This document shows, in pieces, positions 48,360 through 59,917 of a DNA stretch of 64,000 nucleotides (the stretch's first letter is position 1; each line of letters begins with the position of its first letter). The DNA comes from Lepidodermella squamata (taxonomy: Eukaryota; Animalia; Gastrotricha), in NCBI GenBank assembly GCA_047495785.1, contig JBLDXI010000032.1:2046001-2110000 (forward strand), read 5' to 3'. A model generated the notes under the pieces. The model had not been told where the DNA came from and searched no databases. It saw only the letters and a list, made by a program, of their open reading frames with translations. The translations under genes were made by a program, and so were the position numbers.

Positions 48360-49697
48360 GGGTGGGTTTCTTTATTATCAACAGATTTTGTTGAAAACAA
48401 GGCAAAAAACAGAGACCATTTCTTTATCCATTTATGTTAAAAACAACCGACAGTGAGCATTTCTTTATTCTGATTTTGTTAGTAGCAGAAACAATAATCA
48501 GAGGCATTTCTTTATTCGATTTTTTGCATTAACAAAATCTCGCTTATCAAATGAAACACTCTGATTTTGTTATTAGATTAAATCGTTAAAGAAATGGTTA
48601 GCTATGTAGCTGCCATGGCGACCTGAGAAGTCAATAGAATAGGTAATATTTAGACAGGTTGTATAATTTGGCCTAAGGCCAACTAAAATTTCAGTCGATA
48701 TTAAGGGTCATCATGTTTCAATCGGTTTATTTGTCAAATTTTCAAATAAGAAATCAGCATGAAATATTGAAAATCAGCGCTTAGAACCTGAGATAATAAG
48801 TGCCGACATTTCAGCCGGGTCAAATCAGCCCGATTTGAAGCGCTTAACCAAATCAAGACAAAAGTGCCACCCTTCAGACTTCAGAGGTGGAGACAACTCT
48901 CTCGCAATAAAACGTTTTTTTTTTTTGGCGACATTTTCGCAGGTGACAAATAAGCAATGTAGCCTCACTTATATTATAATGTAATCACGATGATCTGAAT
49001 CGTTACTGACGGCCAAAACTTTGACGTTACTTTGACGCAAAAACTAATTAATCTTATTTTTTAATTTCGTTTATTTGACGACATTTCAGCTGACGACAAT
49101 AAGGCAAATTAGCCGAAATTTTATCAGAATTTGATAAATTTGATCCGAATTTGTATTTAAACTGAGCTCGCATTTAGTCTGTCAGTTAAAACGGATATGT
49201 CCCTTGCTGGACTGTCGCCAGCGCAAATGTCGGCGAATAACGATTTCGCCCTATTTTTTACTCGCAATATTCTCAAATTGGCACATCATCAATTTATATC
49301 AAAAAAATTGTCTGCGGTTTTGTCGCCAGCTGAAATGTCGCACCCCTATAAATTATGGGTTTGTTGCTTGGCATAATGAATCATCAAGCATAACTTGGAA
49401 AAAATTAGCTGAAAAATCAGTTATTTTCTCCTTATGCCTACGTTGGGCTGGGTCTTGGCGCGTGCGACTTAGAAAAAATCGCTCCAAAAACGACTCGGCG
49501 AGTTGTTGATAATTTTGGGCAAAAAACATGTTTAATGAATGAAACGCTAGCTGATTATTATAGTAGCTCCAACAATAATCAGCATAAAGAAATAACTTTT
49601 TGTTGAACTAATAATTTCAGCAAAAATAAAGAAATGGTCTGTTTATGGCCTGTTTTGTTAATAATTTCATCTCTGTTGGAGATAAAGAAACGCACCC
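48360..49697. mobile_element. Non-autonomous PIF/Harbinger-like element inserted in a coding exon
   Basis: TIR GGGTG(G/C)GTTTCTTTAT / ATAAAGAAACGCACCC; TSD TAT at 48357-48359 and 49698-49700; removing it restores the reading frame. Confidence 0.88.
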
Positions 49698-49895
49698 TAT
49701 GTTGGTTCGGCGTCAAAAAAGAGCTCGCTAGCAATTCATTCACGCTAGCTCGTCTTGATTCATCTTTTGGTAGCATGGACAGCTCAAAGTTACGGAACTC
49801 CTGAGAGAATCTGAGATCGCCGAGTGTTGGCTGTGATGTTTCCCTGAAGATATATCCATGAAATTTTAGAATAATCTATTTCATGTTTTGCTCAT

Positions 49896-52747
49896 GGTGC
49901 GTTTCTTTATTTTCAACAGATTTTGTTGAAAACAAAGCAAAAAAGCATCCTTTTAAGTAAAAAACAACTAAGAGTGAGTATTTCTTGATTCTGATTTTGT
50001 TAGTATCGAAAACAATAATCAGAGGCATCTCTTTATTCGATTCGATTGCACTAACAAAATCTCGTTTATCAACTGAAACACTTTGATTTTGCTATTAGAT
50101 TAAATCGATAAAGAAATGGTTAGCTATGATGTATAATTGTTCTGGCGACCTGAGAAGTCAATAGAATCTGTAAGATTTTGACAGGTTGTAATATTTGGCC
50201 TTTGGCCAACTGAAATTTCAGTCGTATTGAGGATCATAATGTTTCGAACGGTTACATTTCAAAATTTGCAAATAGGAAATCAGCAGGAAATACTGCAAAT
50301 GTGCGCTTTAAGCCTATGTCTTTAAGTGCCGACATTTCAGCCCGGTCAAATCAGCCCGATGTGAAGCGCCAAGTTCAAATTTCAATTCAAGACTGATCTG
50401 TCACTTGCTGGACTGTCGCCAGCGCAAATGTCGCGAATATCGATTTCGCTCTATCTTCGACCCGAACCGTAACATTTCAAAATTTTCCTATTCACATTAT
50501 TATATCAGCGGGTTTGTCGCTTGCTGAAATGTCGCAAGTCCATAAATTAATGGACTTGTAGCTTGGCATACTCAATCATCAACAGGGCTGCAAAAGTGTT
50601 TTTCTTCCCACCACCGGCTTCAAAATTTCCCAAAAAGAAATTTTCACGTAGAATTTTATCAATGCATGATATGTAATGGCACGTGCTTTACAAGCACTTA
50701 TTTTCATTTTTTATTACTTTTAAAAATTTGATTAATTTTATTGTTATCATTGTTGGCTCAATAAAGCAATTTTCTTGATGTTATCAATCTCTTTTAATTT
50801 TACTCAGAGGTAAATAAATAAGCTTTGATTTTTCTAGCAAGTTATTGTCTTATCCACCATGGTTCCACCATCTCACGAAGTGGTGAAATGTGAATATTGC
50901 CTGAAACCTATGAGACGAGATAAGTTGAAAAGTTGCAAAACGCAGCCCATTTTGATTTTTTTTATCGAAATTCTTCCCAAATTTCTTTAGAAATTTTAAA
51001 TAAATTAATCCAAATAGCGCTCTGCATTTCCCATTCTCCTTCCCATTTCCAGATGAACAATTGTGAATTAAATGGTATTCACTTTTTTCAAAAATTCAAT
51101 TTTAGACAGTTGGTATTATAGTATCTTTCCATATTTCTTGAAAAATTAGGACTGATTTGACCCTCATTCAAACTTTAATATTATATCATAAGATCATAAA
51201 AATCGTTTACAAAATTTTATCATTTTTAGAAGATTTTTGCGAATTCCTGATAAATTCGATAAATATATATATAAAATGGGAAAATAATTTTTACATTCAT
51301 GTATTATATAGGCACCCGTTTCGCCGCTTACGCAGCATCAGTTCTCCGAAACTTCCGAAAAAATTACTGTCATTTATACGCTCGGCTCAAAATGAAAAAG
51401 GATGAACTCTCGTCCAAAATTGGGAACGTCCGATTTGTGCTCCTCTTGGAATTATTAATTGACATCTACGATCGAATTGGCAAATTATCATCAGAGGTAC
51501 AAATCTTCGAAATGCTGCCTTGGGAAATTGACACCATCATCAAACTGGCCAGGTTAAATTTTTCGAATTTAGCTGAAACTTCCGAACTGGAAATTATCGA
51601 AAACTTCCCGAATTTCTACAAGGCGAGGAGCCAATTGCTAGAAACTGGGAAATACCGGAACGCTGAAATTTCGCTTACCGACAGCTCGAAAATTACTCGT
51701 TCCTCTACTCGGTCGAATGAAAATTCGGGAAATACGATTGAAGAAGTTGCGTTGTGTTGTGTTGGGCTGGGAATCAAGTTCTGTGGAAGCTTGGGAAATG
51801 AACTTTTCAAACGATTTCCGATTGCGAAGAACCTGATCCGAAAAGCTGAGCTGGTTTTCAACTTATCGATGATACGAAACCACGGCCCCGATTGCGCTGC
51901 GACTATAGCGGAGATGGTAGATGAAGCCAATCGAGCGGGACAGAACTTCCCGAAGCCAGCGATTCTTTCCCAGTACTCAACCTGGAAACAGCGTGTCCGC
52001 GCGCTTCCCCCGATCGCTTCCCAAAAACCAATTGAGATCCTTTACAAATTCCTCGCGGAAGAATCCCTGTACGGCGGCATTAAGGAGTTCATGAGGTTTC
52101 ATCTTACTTGCTCTCTGAAAATTCATTGTGAGAGCATCGTCGAGAGCATGGGGGCTGTGCTGGATCGCCATGCCTCTCATGACAGGCCAATCGGCGAGGG
52201 AGCTGTGGCCAAAGACCAAAGAAGTATTCCTTCATTGGAACGGCCCGAATCCAGCTGGGAAAAAATCAGATCGGTTTATCGAAGCAGCGTTGAATAGACA
52301 TTTTTCGAATGAGCCGTGGCATTTCCAACGTCGATCAGGCGATTCTCGACTCAAATTTCGTAAAACAAGCGAGGTCGTCGACCGAATTGCTAAAGAGTAA
52401 GGGCGAATCGAATTTTGATTGACAAAGTGTAAAGGAAAAAGGTGAAAGAGGCGAGAGTTGAGTGAAAAATAAAACTGATGTCCGATGGTGTGGATTAATT
52501 GAACAGTTGATGTATTAAAATTTCAATTTCCCATTCAAACTTCCCACAAAAAGAGGGTTCACTGTTCTGAAACTTCCCACCACCAAGGGTGGCATGGTGG
52601 TACACTTTTTGCAGCCCTGATCATCAAGCATAACTTGGAAAAAATTAATAGAAAAATAAGATATTTTCTCCTTATGCCTATGTTGGGCTGGGTCTTGATG
52701 CGTACGACTTCGAAAAAATCGCTCTAAAAACGACTCGACAAGTTGTT
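49896..52747. mobile_element. Second copy of the same Harbinger-like family, right end missing, split by a hAT element
   Basis: 49896-50582 and 52620-52747 are colinear with 48361-49507; no right TIR found. Confidence 0.82.
50583..52619 (+). mobile_element. hAT-superfamily element with transposase remnant
   Basis: TIR CAGGGCTGCAAAA..TTTTGCAGCCCTG; 8-bp TSD ATCATCAA on both sides; frameshifted ORF 51299-52400 resembling a hAT C-terminal region (TRF..Y, HCESIVESMG). Confidence 0.88.
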
Positions 52748-54090
52748 AAACTCCAGCGACGTTATTTTGATTTCAAACCGAATGGTCATAATTATCCGAA
52801 TTTCTTACTTCGAAGGAAGAATACCAGCTAATTGAGCACGCTTCTCGCCCATCTCCTTGTTCGCTTTGTCATAACTTGGGATGGATATCTCTGCAAGGCT
52901 AGCGTTCAATCCGCTCGGAATGTCAACGGATGACATGTTGGCGTCAATGTCAACGTCGAAGGCACTCGAGCTAGTGGCATCTTCGATCGGCTTAGATCCA
53001 TGCAACTGCGTGTTCGCTGCTAACTCTCCGGCAAGTTGATTTTCATCGCTTTTCAAACTTCCGGAACTTTTCGTAGAACCGCCGCCGAACTTTTTTAGCT
53101 TATCGGAGGACATCGCAATGACCAATAAATATGGGAGAACGCGAGGAGGTTTTATGTAAAAACTATCAAATAACAGGAATATTCAATATAGAAGGTCCGC
53201 AAACGTCGCATAGCAGTAAAATACCGAGACTTCCTATAGCTAATAGATAGCTTATGACACACTATCTAGCGTGCTCGAGTTTTATCTTATCAAACATCGT
53301 ACAAGCTGGGTGTCATTCGCAGTTCGAATTGCGAACCTCCCACTTGGGTCAACGTAGAGGCGATAAATGACAGGCGGCGCGATGCTAACTATCATCAGTA
53401 TCTTAAATAAATGTGGCCAAGTGTTGTTATGGACCGGTAAAATTAAATGTGGCAAGGAGCCGCTTGAGAAAAGTATATCAGTTACCAGTTTAATGTAGAG
53501 AGGAGAGAGGGTTAAGTAAGGTCAAATTAAATGCGAGCTGTTAGAATCTCTATTTTGACCCCAACCTTTCTGGCCATTCACCGCGAATATGTTGACGAGT
53601 CTTCAATTTTGCAGCTTGACACAGTGTACAAAGTAGAGGGGGCACCGGGTCTGGGGGTCCAGGCAAGAAAAGCCGAAAATACTCTATCGCCCGAAAATTC
53701 TGAGCTGGAATAGACCCTAAAGTATGCTAAGTATGCTGGCAGGAAGAAGAAAGTATATCAATTATCAGGGATTTATCCGGCTTTTTGCCACGCACACGCC
53801 CAATCAATTCGCCCAACTTAAATTTAAAATTGAAATTAACGAACGCACGCGAACAAAGTGCACACTTTATTTATTTAGTTTCCCCAATGATTGTTTTTCC
53901 AATTTCATTAGTTAGTTTTTCCAGTCATGTTAGTAGAGAAGGGAGAGCGTTGTTTGCACAAGCCGGTGTTCACGTGGTGCTAACATAGACAATTAAGAAA
54001 AATTCTGATTGGCTCAAGTTTTACATCGTTGGATAGAGCAATAATCAAATAAGATCATAGTATTTTTCTCGAAATTTTTCGGTGTAAAAT

Positions 54091-54724
54091 CGTCGTCGGT
54101 GCGGCCAAAAGTGTTATATCCATGAAAAAAAATCGAAAATGAGATTTTTACAGTTTCGGGCTCAGAATTTAACGCCCGTTATTATTCTAAAAACCGCATC
54201 TCAAAATTCGCCATGGATCAAAAGTATTATATCCAATTTCGTGCCTTTGTTACAAGGTCACTTTGTCGGCAGAATCAACAGTATTATATCCAGCAAAAAA
54301 TCGCTCAATCGCGAGCAAAATGGTGATTTAAAAATCGCCAAAAAGTAAATGCATGCATGAGGAATCGAAACAGCAGTGCGATGTTGATGCCAAACAAAAA
54401 ATAATCCTCTTTGTCCACGCTGTAAAAGAAAAATCGCCAAAAAAATGGATGCGGGCACGGGGACTCGAACCACTCTATGTAAAAACACCATAACACAAAA
54501 ACCAAAAAAGTACGAAACAGCATTATGTCCAACGCATGTCTCGATGGCGCGAAAACGGTGCATCACCGGTAAAAATGGCCGGCGTCATTCGATCCGCCGT
54601 GATCAACTACCCCCATGTTCGACTCGGTGACATATTTTACTGAAAATTTCGAAAATAAAGCTTTTTTCGATTTATCTCAAAATTAACACTCTTGGATATA
54701 ATACTTTTGGCCGCGCCGACGACG
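54091..54724. mobile_element. Non-autonomous DNA transposon, Sola1-like
   Basis: TIR CGTCGTCGG(T/C)GCGGCCAAAAGT..TATATCCA; 4-bp TSD AAAT (AWWT type). Confidence 0.72.
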
Positions 54725-55204
54725 AAATAAACAATTTTACCTGAAGACTCTTAAAATGGCGATTTTCCATAAAAGTGACCAACTGTGAGACAATTTAAAA
54801 AAGTTAAAAAAAACCGTCTCATGAGACAGGACTCATTCGATAAAGGAGCGCTTTTAGTATTTTTTCGAAATTTGTGGAAAATGAATTTTTTTCTCTGGGA
54901 ATTTTAGAAAATAATTAAAAATCGGAAAAGTTACGATGGGCGGATAGGCTGAAGAGCGAATAAAATAAAGGCGGCGTGCCCACTTTTTCACGTTTTGGTG
55001 TGAATTAATTTACTATAGGAAGATCGCTAGTTTCCGATCTGTATAGAGTTGTCTGTGACCGGTCCATAGGAGCCGCTGCCCAAGCATTCAGTTTTGAAAC
55101 TCAGTGAATGATAGAAAACTCTTGATTATTCTCAAAAACAACTGGGAGCCTCGCAAAGTAGCAAACCTACAGACAGTCAGGTGCCAGGGCGGATATATTT
55201 TGTG

Positions 55205-55377
55205 CAGGGCTGCAAAACCTGCGAAACTTCCCGCGCACTTTCTCAAAATTTCCCGCTAATTTTGACCCATTTCAGCACATTTTCCTGCGATTTACTGTAA
55301 TTTTTTGAAAATTTCCCGCTGCGCGGCCGAATTTCCCGCGCACCAGGTGCGCCATTTTCGCATGTTTTGCAGCCCTG
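55205..55377. mobile_element. 173-bp hAT MITE sharing termini with 50583-52619
   Basis: CAGGGCTGCAAAAC..GTTTTGCAGCCCTG; TSD ATTTTGTG. Confidence 0.9.
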
Positions 55378-56630
55378 ATTTTGTGCTTTTATTTGCTGAT
55401 ATCGCGTTTTATTTGCTGATATCGCTGATATCACTTGGGTGAAATGCTACGAGAAGGAACGCATAAACGATAAGTTAGTAAGGCATGTACGACCTGGGGC
55501 TAAGACGGTATCTCTAGGTGGTTTGATAAAATGCGTGAAAATGTAAGATGAATCATTATTCATACTCTTCTTTAAACTCACGCTTGGGATGAAAAGTACC
55601 GGTTGTGGATGGTAGCGATAATTCCTCCCAGTTCACCGGGGAAAAAGCTAATTGAATAAAGCTGAGAGCTAAATCACCAGAGTGGCGAGATTGATTAGGG
55701 GCACCATCTATCTTGGTGCCGCAACCAGCACTGCGTTTAGCTTTAGGCCAAATCTTTGTGAGTATGTTTGAGGTTGGCAGGCGAATACGAGACACGGAGT
55801 TCAATTATGGCAATCTAAGCAGGCCGTGGCTGTAGATTTGATGCGCAAACAGCGACAGCAGGCCAATGGAAAGCCAGTCGCTGAGGCGAACTGTTAGGTC
55901 CGAGATGGCACTGCGCGTACAATCGAGCATGATGTAGCCATGAAGCATGAAGCTGTACAACGGAACGTAGTGCGGTAACTACTGCAGTTGGGACAATGCC
56001 GGCGTAGCGCCAACTTATGACTGGAAGTTCAATGTTGTGAATAAACGAAAAACCTCGTCGACTACGATCAATGGGTCCAGTGGTTTCAACTACGTGATAC
56101 GCGTTTGTTCGGAAGTTCCTAAGTGATCATTGGAAATTGCGTCGAAAAGCAGCTCAATTCACGCTCGCCCAAGCAATTATTCCAGCAATAAAAATTCGTT
56201 AAAAATCGTAGGCGTCGATGGTTCCAAAGCTAGAATCAGTTTCCAAGTCGGAACTCAAAGACCGAGTGAACTTAAACTATGAGATGTCGAGCTTAGCAAA
56301 CTACTTTCTTGAGACAAAAAGCAACTCAAACAAGCTACATGAACTATTCTATTGAGTTTCTTTTTTCACGTCGCGATTTAGTCCATTTTCCCGCACTCAG
56401 TGCGGGACGGTGCGGGATACAATGTTTTAAGCCGGTCCCGCACACTTCAAGTTTTGACTCGCACAAGTGCGGGATACTATGCGGGATCGCTCCACAAGCT
56501 GGTCCCGCACCATCCCGATGCGGGATGATGTATTACAGATTACAGCTGCGACAGCAGTGCGGGATCCGTCCCGCATCAGGCATCAGCATTACATAAAAAC
56601 GACACTGAACAGTTGTGAGCATTCAACCAG

Positions 56631-57187
56631 AGGTGCGTTTTTTATTAAAACCGTGGTGTGCTGAAGACTAATTACATCTATTAACACCAGATGACACACA
56701 CGGAAAGTTAAAGCTTTTCAAACCCAATCAAAAACTCAAAAATTGAAAATTAAGAAATTCGAACTTGTCGGCACGCTTGGATTCAAAATAATGGTCAGAA
56801 ATCGCCTAAAACGCTTTGGATTTTCATAAATTTTACCAAATTGATCGATTTCTTTAAAATCGATTTCATGTTCAATAATTGCGGAGAAAATAAAAAACCT
56901 TTTCTGCGTAGTTTTGATGAAATTAGCTCTTAAGACATGTGGTCAGATATTAACGAGGGTGACATGTTGCATGGTCGTAAATTAATTACAGCCATGTCAC
57001 GATTTAGCCGCGGCCAAATGTTCTTAATCCGCGCGGGGATTTGCCTTTTCTGACCGGCCTTGACCGCAATTCGAGCCGGTCAGTTTATGATAGACGTGCC
57101 GATTGTGATTTCTCTGTTACGAATCTCACCGAAACATTGATCACAGCGCTAAACAATAGCACCACGGTTTTAATAAAAAACGCACCT
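56631..57187. mobile_element. Harbinger-like MITE
   Basis: TIR AGGTGCGTTTTTTATTAAAACCGTGGTG; TSD CAG. Confidence 0.85.
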
Positions 57188-57397
57188 CAGTGGCCACTCA
57201 CCCAACACCCGCAATCGAATCGATTGCACCACTGGTTCCGCTTGAATATGTAACAGTCACAAATAAATCGATTTAGTATGCACCATCAGGAAACGAATAG
57301 TTTGCGTAACTGAGAATTCAGTAAATATAGGGATTGTTTAGTGAAACTGTCAGAAGTGAACTGACTCAGCCTGCTCGAAATTTCGCGGTTATATTAA

Positions 57398-58583
57398 CCC
57401 TTTCATCATCATCATCATTTGGTTTTTATTTATCGTCGTTTTGCGTTGGTGAGGCATACAATAAAGTTTTAACGACGGCGAGAGCGAGAAGTCAAGTAGA
57501 TTCCGTTCCCCGCGACCTGAAGGCCAGAAGTTCGCGAATGAAGGCCCTCCAGTTAGCTGTCTCCTCAATTTTGTCCCAATTTAGACATTTTTCATTGTAG
57601 ACGCTTACAAAATTTTTGTAATTTTCAAGATTTTTTGCTTGCAATAAGCTTTGAGTGTTACAATAATCCCATCCTACCCTGGGCCTGCCTAACTTCCTAT
57701 GCCAGCCCTTGGGTGGGGTCCATAAGAATGTTTGCTTGACTAGGTTATCGTCGTTCATTCTAAGAATGTGCCCTAAGAACCGTAGTCGGTTATGTTCTAT
57801 TTGAGCTGAGATAGGTTCAATACCCTTTCATGGCGGAATTATTTATCTGCGGAAGAAAAAATATTTGACGGCGGTTCTAGGGGTTTTCGAAGGCCCTGAT
57901 CACGATTTTGAAATCCGTTTGTCTTTATCTATCACCGTTAAGACTGTACAAAAACTGGCCGAAATTGTCCTATCCGCCCAGCTGGCGATTTTTCGAACAC
58001 CCTGATTCTGTGTCAGGTGCCTCCAGCTTTGGAATTTGTTATTATAAACTACTCCCATGAATGTCCCTAAGATTCTCCCTCACTTAAATCGCCGAAAACA
58101 TTCAGTTTAAAAATTTTTCAGAGGCTCAGCATTCAGATCTGAATTCAGCTTTTCCAGTTTTTGCTCGCGACAGTTTTTGCAGCACAAAAATCACGCACTC
58201 CGCCTGTCTAAGTCCTGGCGGATAGGACGAATTCGGCCGGTTTGATTGATATTCAATAGCGTCGTCCTTTTTGATTTCCAACTCGATAGAATTTACACAG
58301 AGGTCAATGAGACAGCGGACACGGTGGTATTTTTTGTTGGATCAAAAAATGATCGGAAACCTATTTCAAGTTGAAAAAAATCGAAATTTCAATCTCAGGG
58401 TAATTGTTTTCAAATTGCTTGTATGTCCTGACCATGCAAGATAACGCGCCCTGGTCTCAAAATCTTGTAGCCAACATCGAAAAGCAATATCCCTCAAAAG
58501 GGCGAACAAAAATACATGGAATTCAATTTTCTGTGAATTTTCAAAGTCGAAATTCCGAAATCGTCCTTCCCGCCGTGAAAGGG
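57398..58583. mobile_element. piggyBac-like non-autonomous element
   Basis: TTAA|CCCTTTCA... and ...CCGCCGTGAAAGGG|TTAA; internal inverted pair near 57957-57980 / 58217-58238. Confidence 0.82.
57407..57821 (-). mobile_element. 5'-truncated RTE-clade LINE with (GAT)n tail
   Basis: RLRFLGHILRM..W.P..RKLGRPR..W motif; 10-bp TSD ACCCTTTCAT (57397-57406, 57822-57831). Confidence 0.85.
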
Positions 58584-59119
58584 TTAATGGCGGGAAACGC
58601 CATGATTCGTGAAATACGTGTTTGTTTATTTGTCATGTCGTTCAACTTATGTCGCATCTATCACCCGCATGTTGCCCTCCCGCACCCCTGGGCACTGGGC
58701 TCTTGTCCTGCACTTGTCCCGCACTCGTCCCGCATCGAACCGCACTTGTGCGGGAAGATGGACTATTTCGCTGCATTTGTTGCGTAATGGCGCAGGATAA
58801 TTTCTTCTCTTAAACAATCCAGCAGGAATTTTTTTCAGTCGACATTTTCAACGCTTTCAGCTATAGAACTTTCACTCATTGATCGCTCATTTTCGGCCTA
58901 ATAAATTACTGGTGGTTCAAACTGGAATGAAAAATTGAGATATTTGCTGGATCTGATCAGCATTTCATTTTGTCAGATTTCTCAATTCTCAGTTTTCCTA
59001 AATTTACAATAAGCATTCTCCGTATAAGCTCGAACTACTAGAGATAGACAATTTTTAATGTTTAGGCAATTTTTTCAATGACTCCCTATGGTGAATTTAT
59101 AAATTCCTTGGTACTTTGG

Positions 59120-59405
59120 TACTCTATCCCATAAAGTCGGCTTTATCTTCAGACGATAAAAACGACATTATTGTTAAAGTCAACTTTAAGGTGTAGCATT
59201 TTCGAAGTCGTCTTTTGCTAAAGTCGACTTTATTGCGTAAAGCCATCTTTGCCATGCTATTTCGCAGCCATGACCTACTTTTTGCCAGCCTTTTTGTTGT
59301 GAGAAATCATAAAAAAGCGACGTCGAACAAGAGCTTATAGGGTCAAATCAGTCGTCAGGGGACAAAAATGTGCCGATGAACGATGAAGCCGACTTTAAAG
59401 CGATA
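59120..59405. mobile_element. Degenerate MITE with AAAGTCGACTTT-type repeats
   Basis: taaagtcggctttatc / gatgaagccgacttta imperfect inverted ends. Confidence 0.45.
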
Positions 59406-59665
59406 AAGACGAGGATGGTCGTCCCTGTTGCGACAGGAGAAAAGAGATGCAATGAGATGGTTTTTTCGCGCTTTTGCTTTTTATCAAGTCAAGTACCAAT
59501 TTGACGACCATTGAGTTGTATTTATTTGTAAATAATGTAAATAATCAGAAAGCAATCATTTAAGATGAAAAGCTAACCAAACGCCATGATGTAAACGCAA
59601 GAAGTGAATAAATGTTTCAATTAATGATCGGAAAATGCGGTTTTTATAGCATCCATGATCGGATT

Positions 59666-59917
59666 TTATTGTACTTGTATCAACTTCAGAAGTCCTGCAA
59701 TGAATTCCTTCTCGTCAACAAATCCATCTCTGTCGGTGTCGAAAAACTCCCACGAATCCATCGCTGATTCGCCTATGATTTGTCCCATGTTTTCTCCGAA
59801 CAAGTCGATGACTGCAGCCGTGAATTGTGTCTGATTTATCCTACCAGACTTGTCCTTGTCTTGATCTGCGAATGCCTGCTTATAACGTTCAATCACAGCT
59901 TCTTGTGTTGGCGGCAT
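59666..59917 (-). CDS. Small two-EF-hand protein (copy 8, intact counterpart of copy 7)
   Basis: Loops DKDKSGRINQTQ and DTDRDGFVDEKE. Confidence 0.9.
   Translation of the reverse strand: MPPTQEAVIERYKQAFADQDKDKSGRINQTQFTAAVIDLFGENMGQIIGESAMDSWEFFDTDRDGFVDEKEFIAGLLKLIQVQ

Larger units (their letters stand above)
45476..53113 (-). pseudogene. Disrupted protein kinase-ankyrin repeat gene (STE-like kinase C-lobe remnant + ~25 ANK repeats)
   Basis: Putative exon 1 at 53113-52809. Exon 49843-48286 (kinase X-XI 'PTLGDLRFSQEFRNF..ML.KD..RRASVNELL.SSFL' + linker) is split by a Harbinger MITE. Exon from 48219 has a 1-nt deletion in an A-run at ~47985 and a TAA at 45478-45476, after which the frame stays open to ~45326. 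Confidence 0.8.
56379..58765. mobile_element. Academ-like non-autonomous element (TAG..CTA termini) hosting nested insertions
   Basis: TAGTCCATTTTCCCGCAC / GTGCGGGAAGATGGACTA; many subterminal TGCGGGA/TCCCGCA repeats; flanks ATT/TTT (imperfect). Confidence 0.65.
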
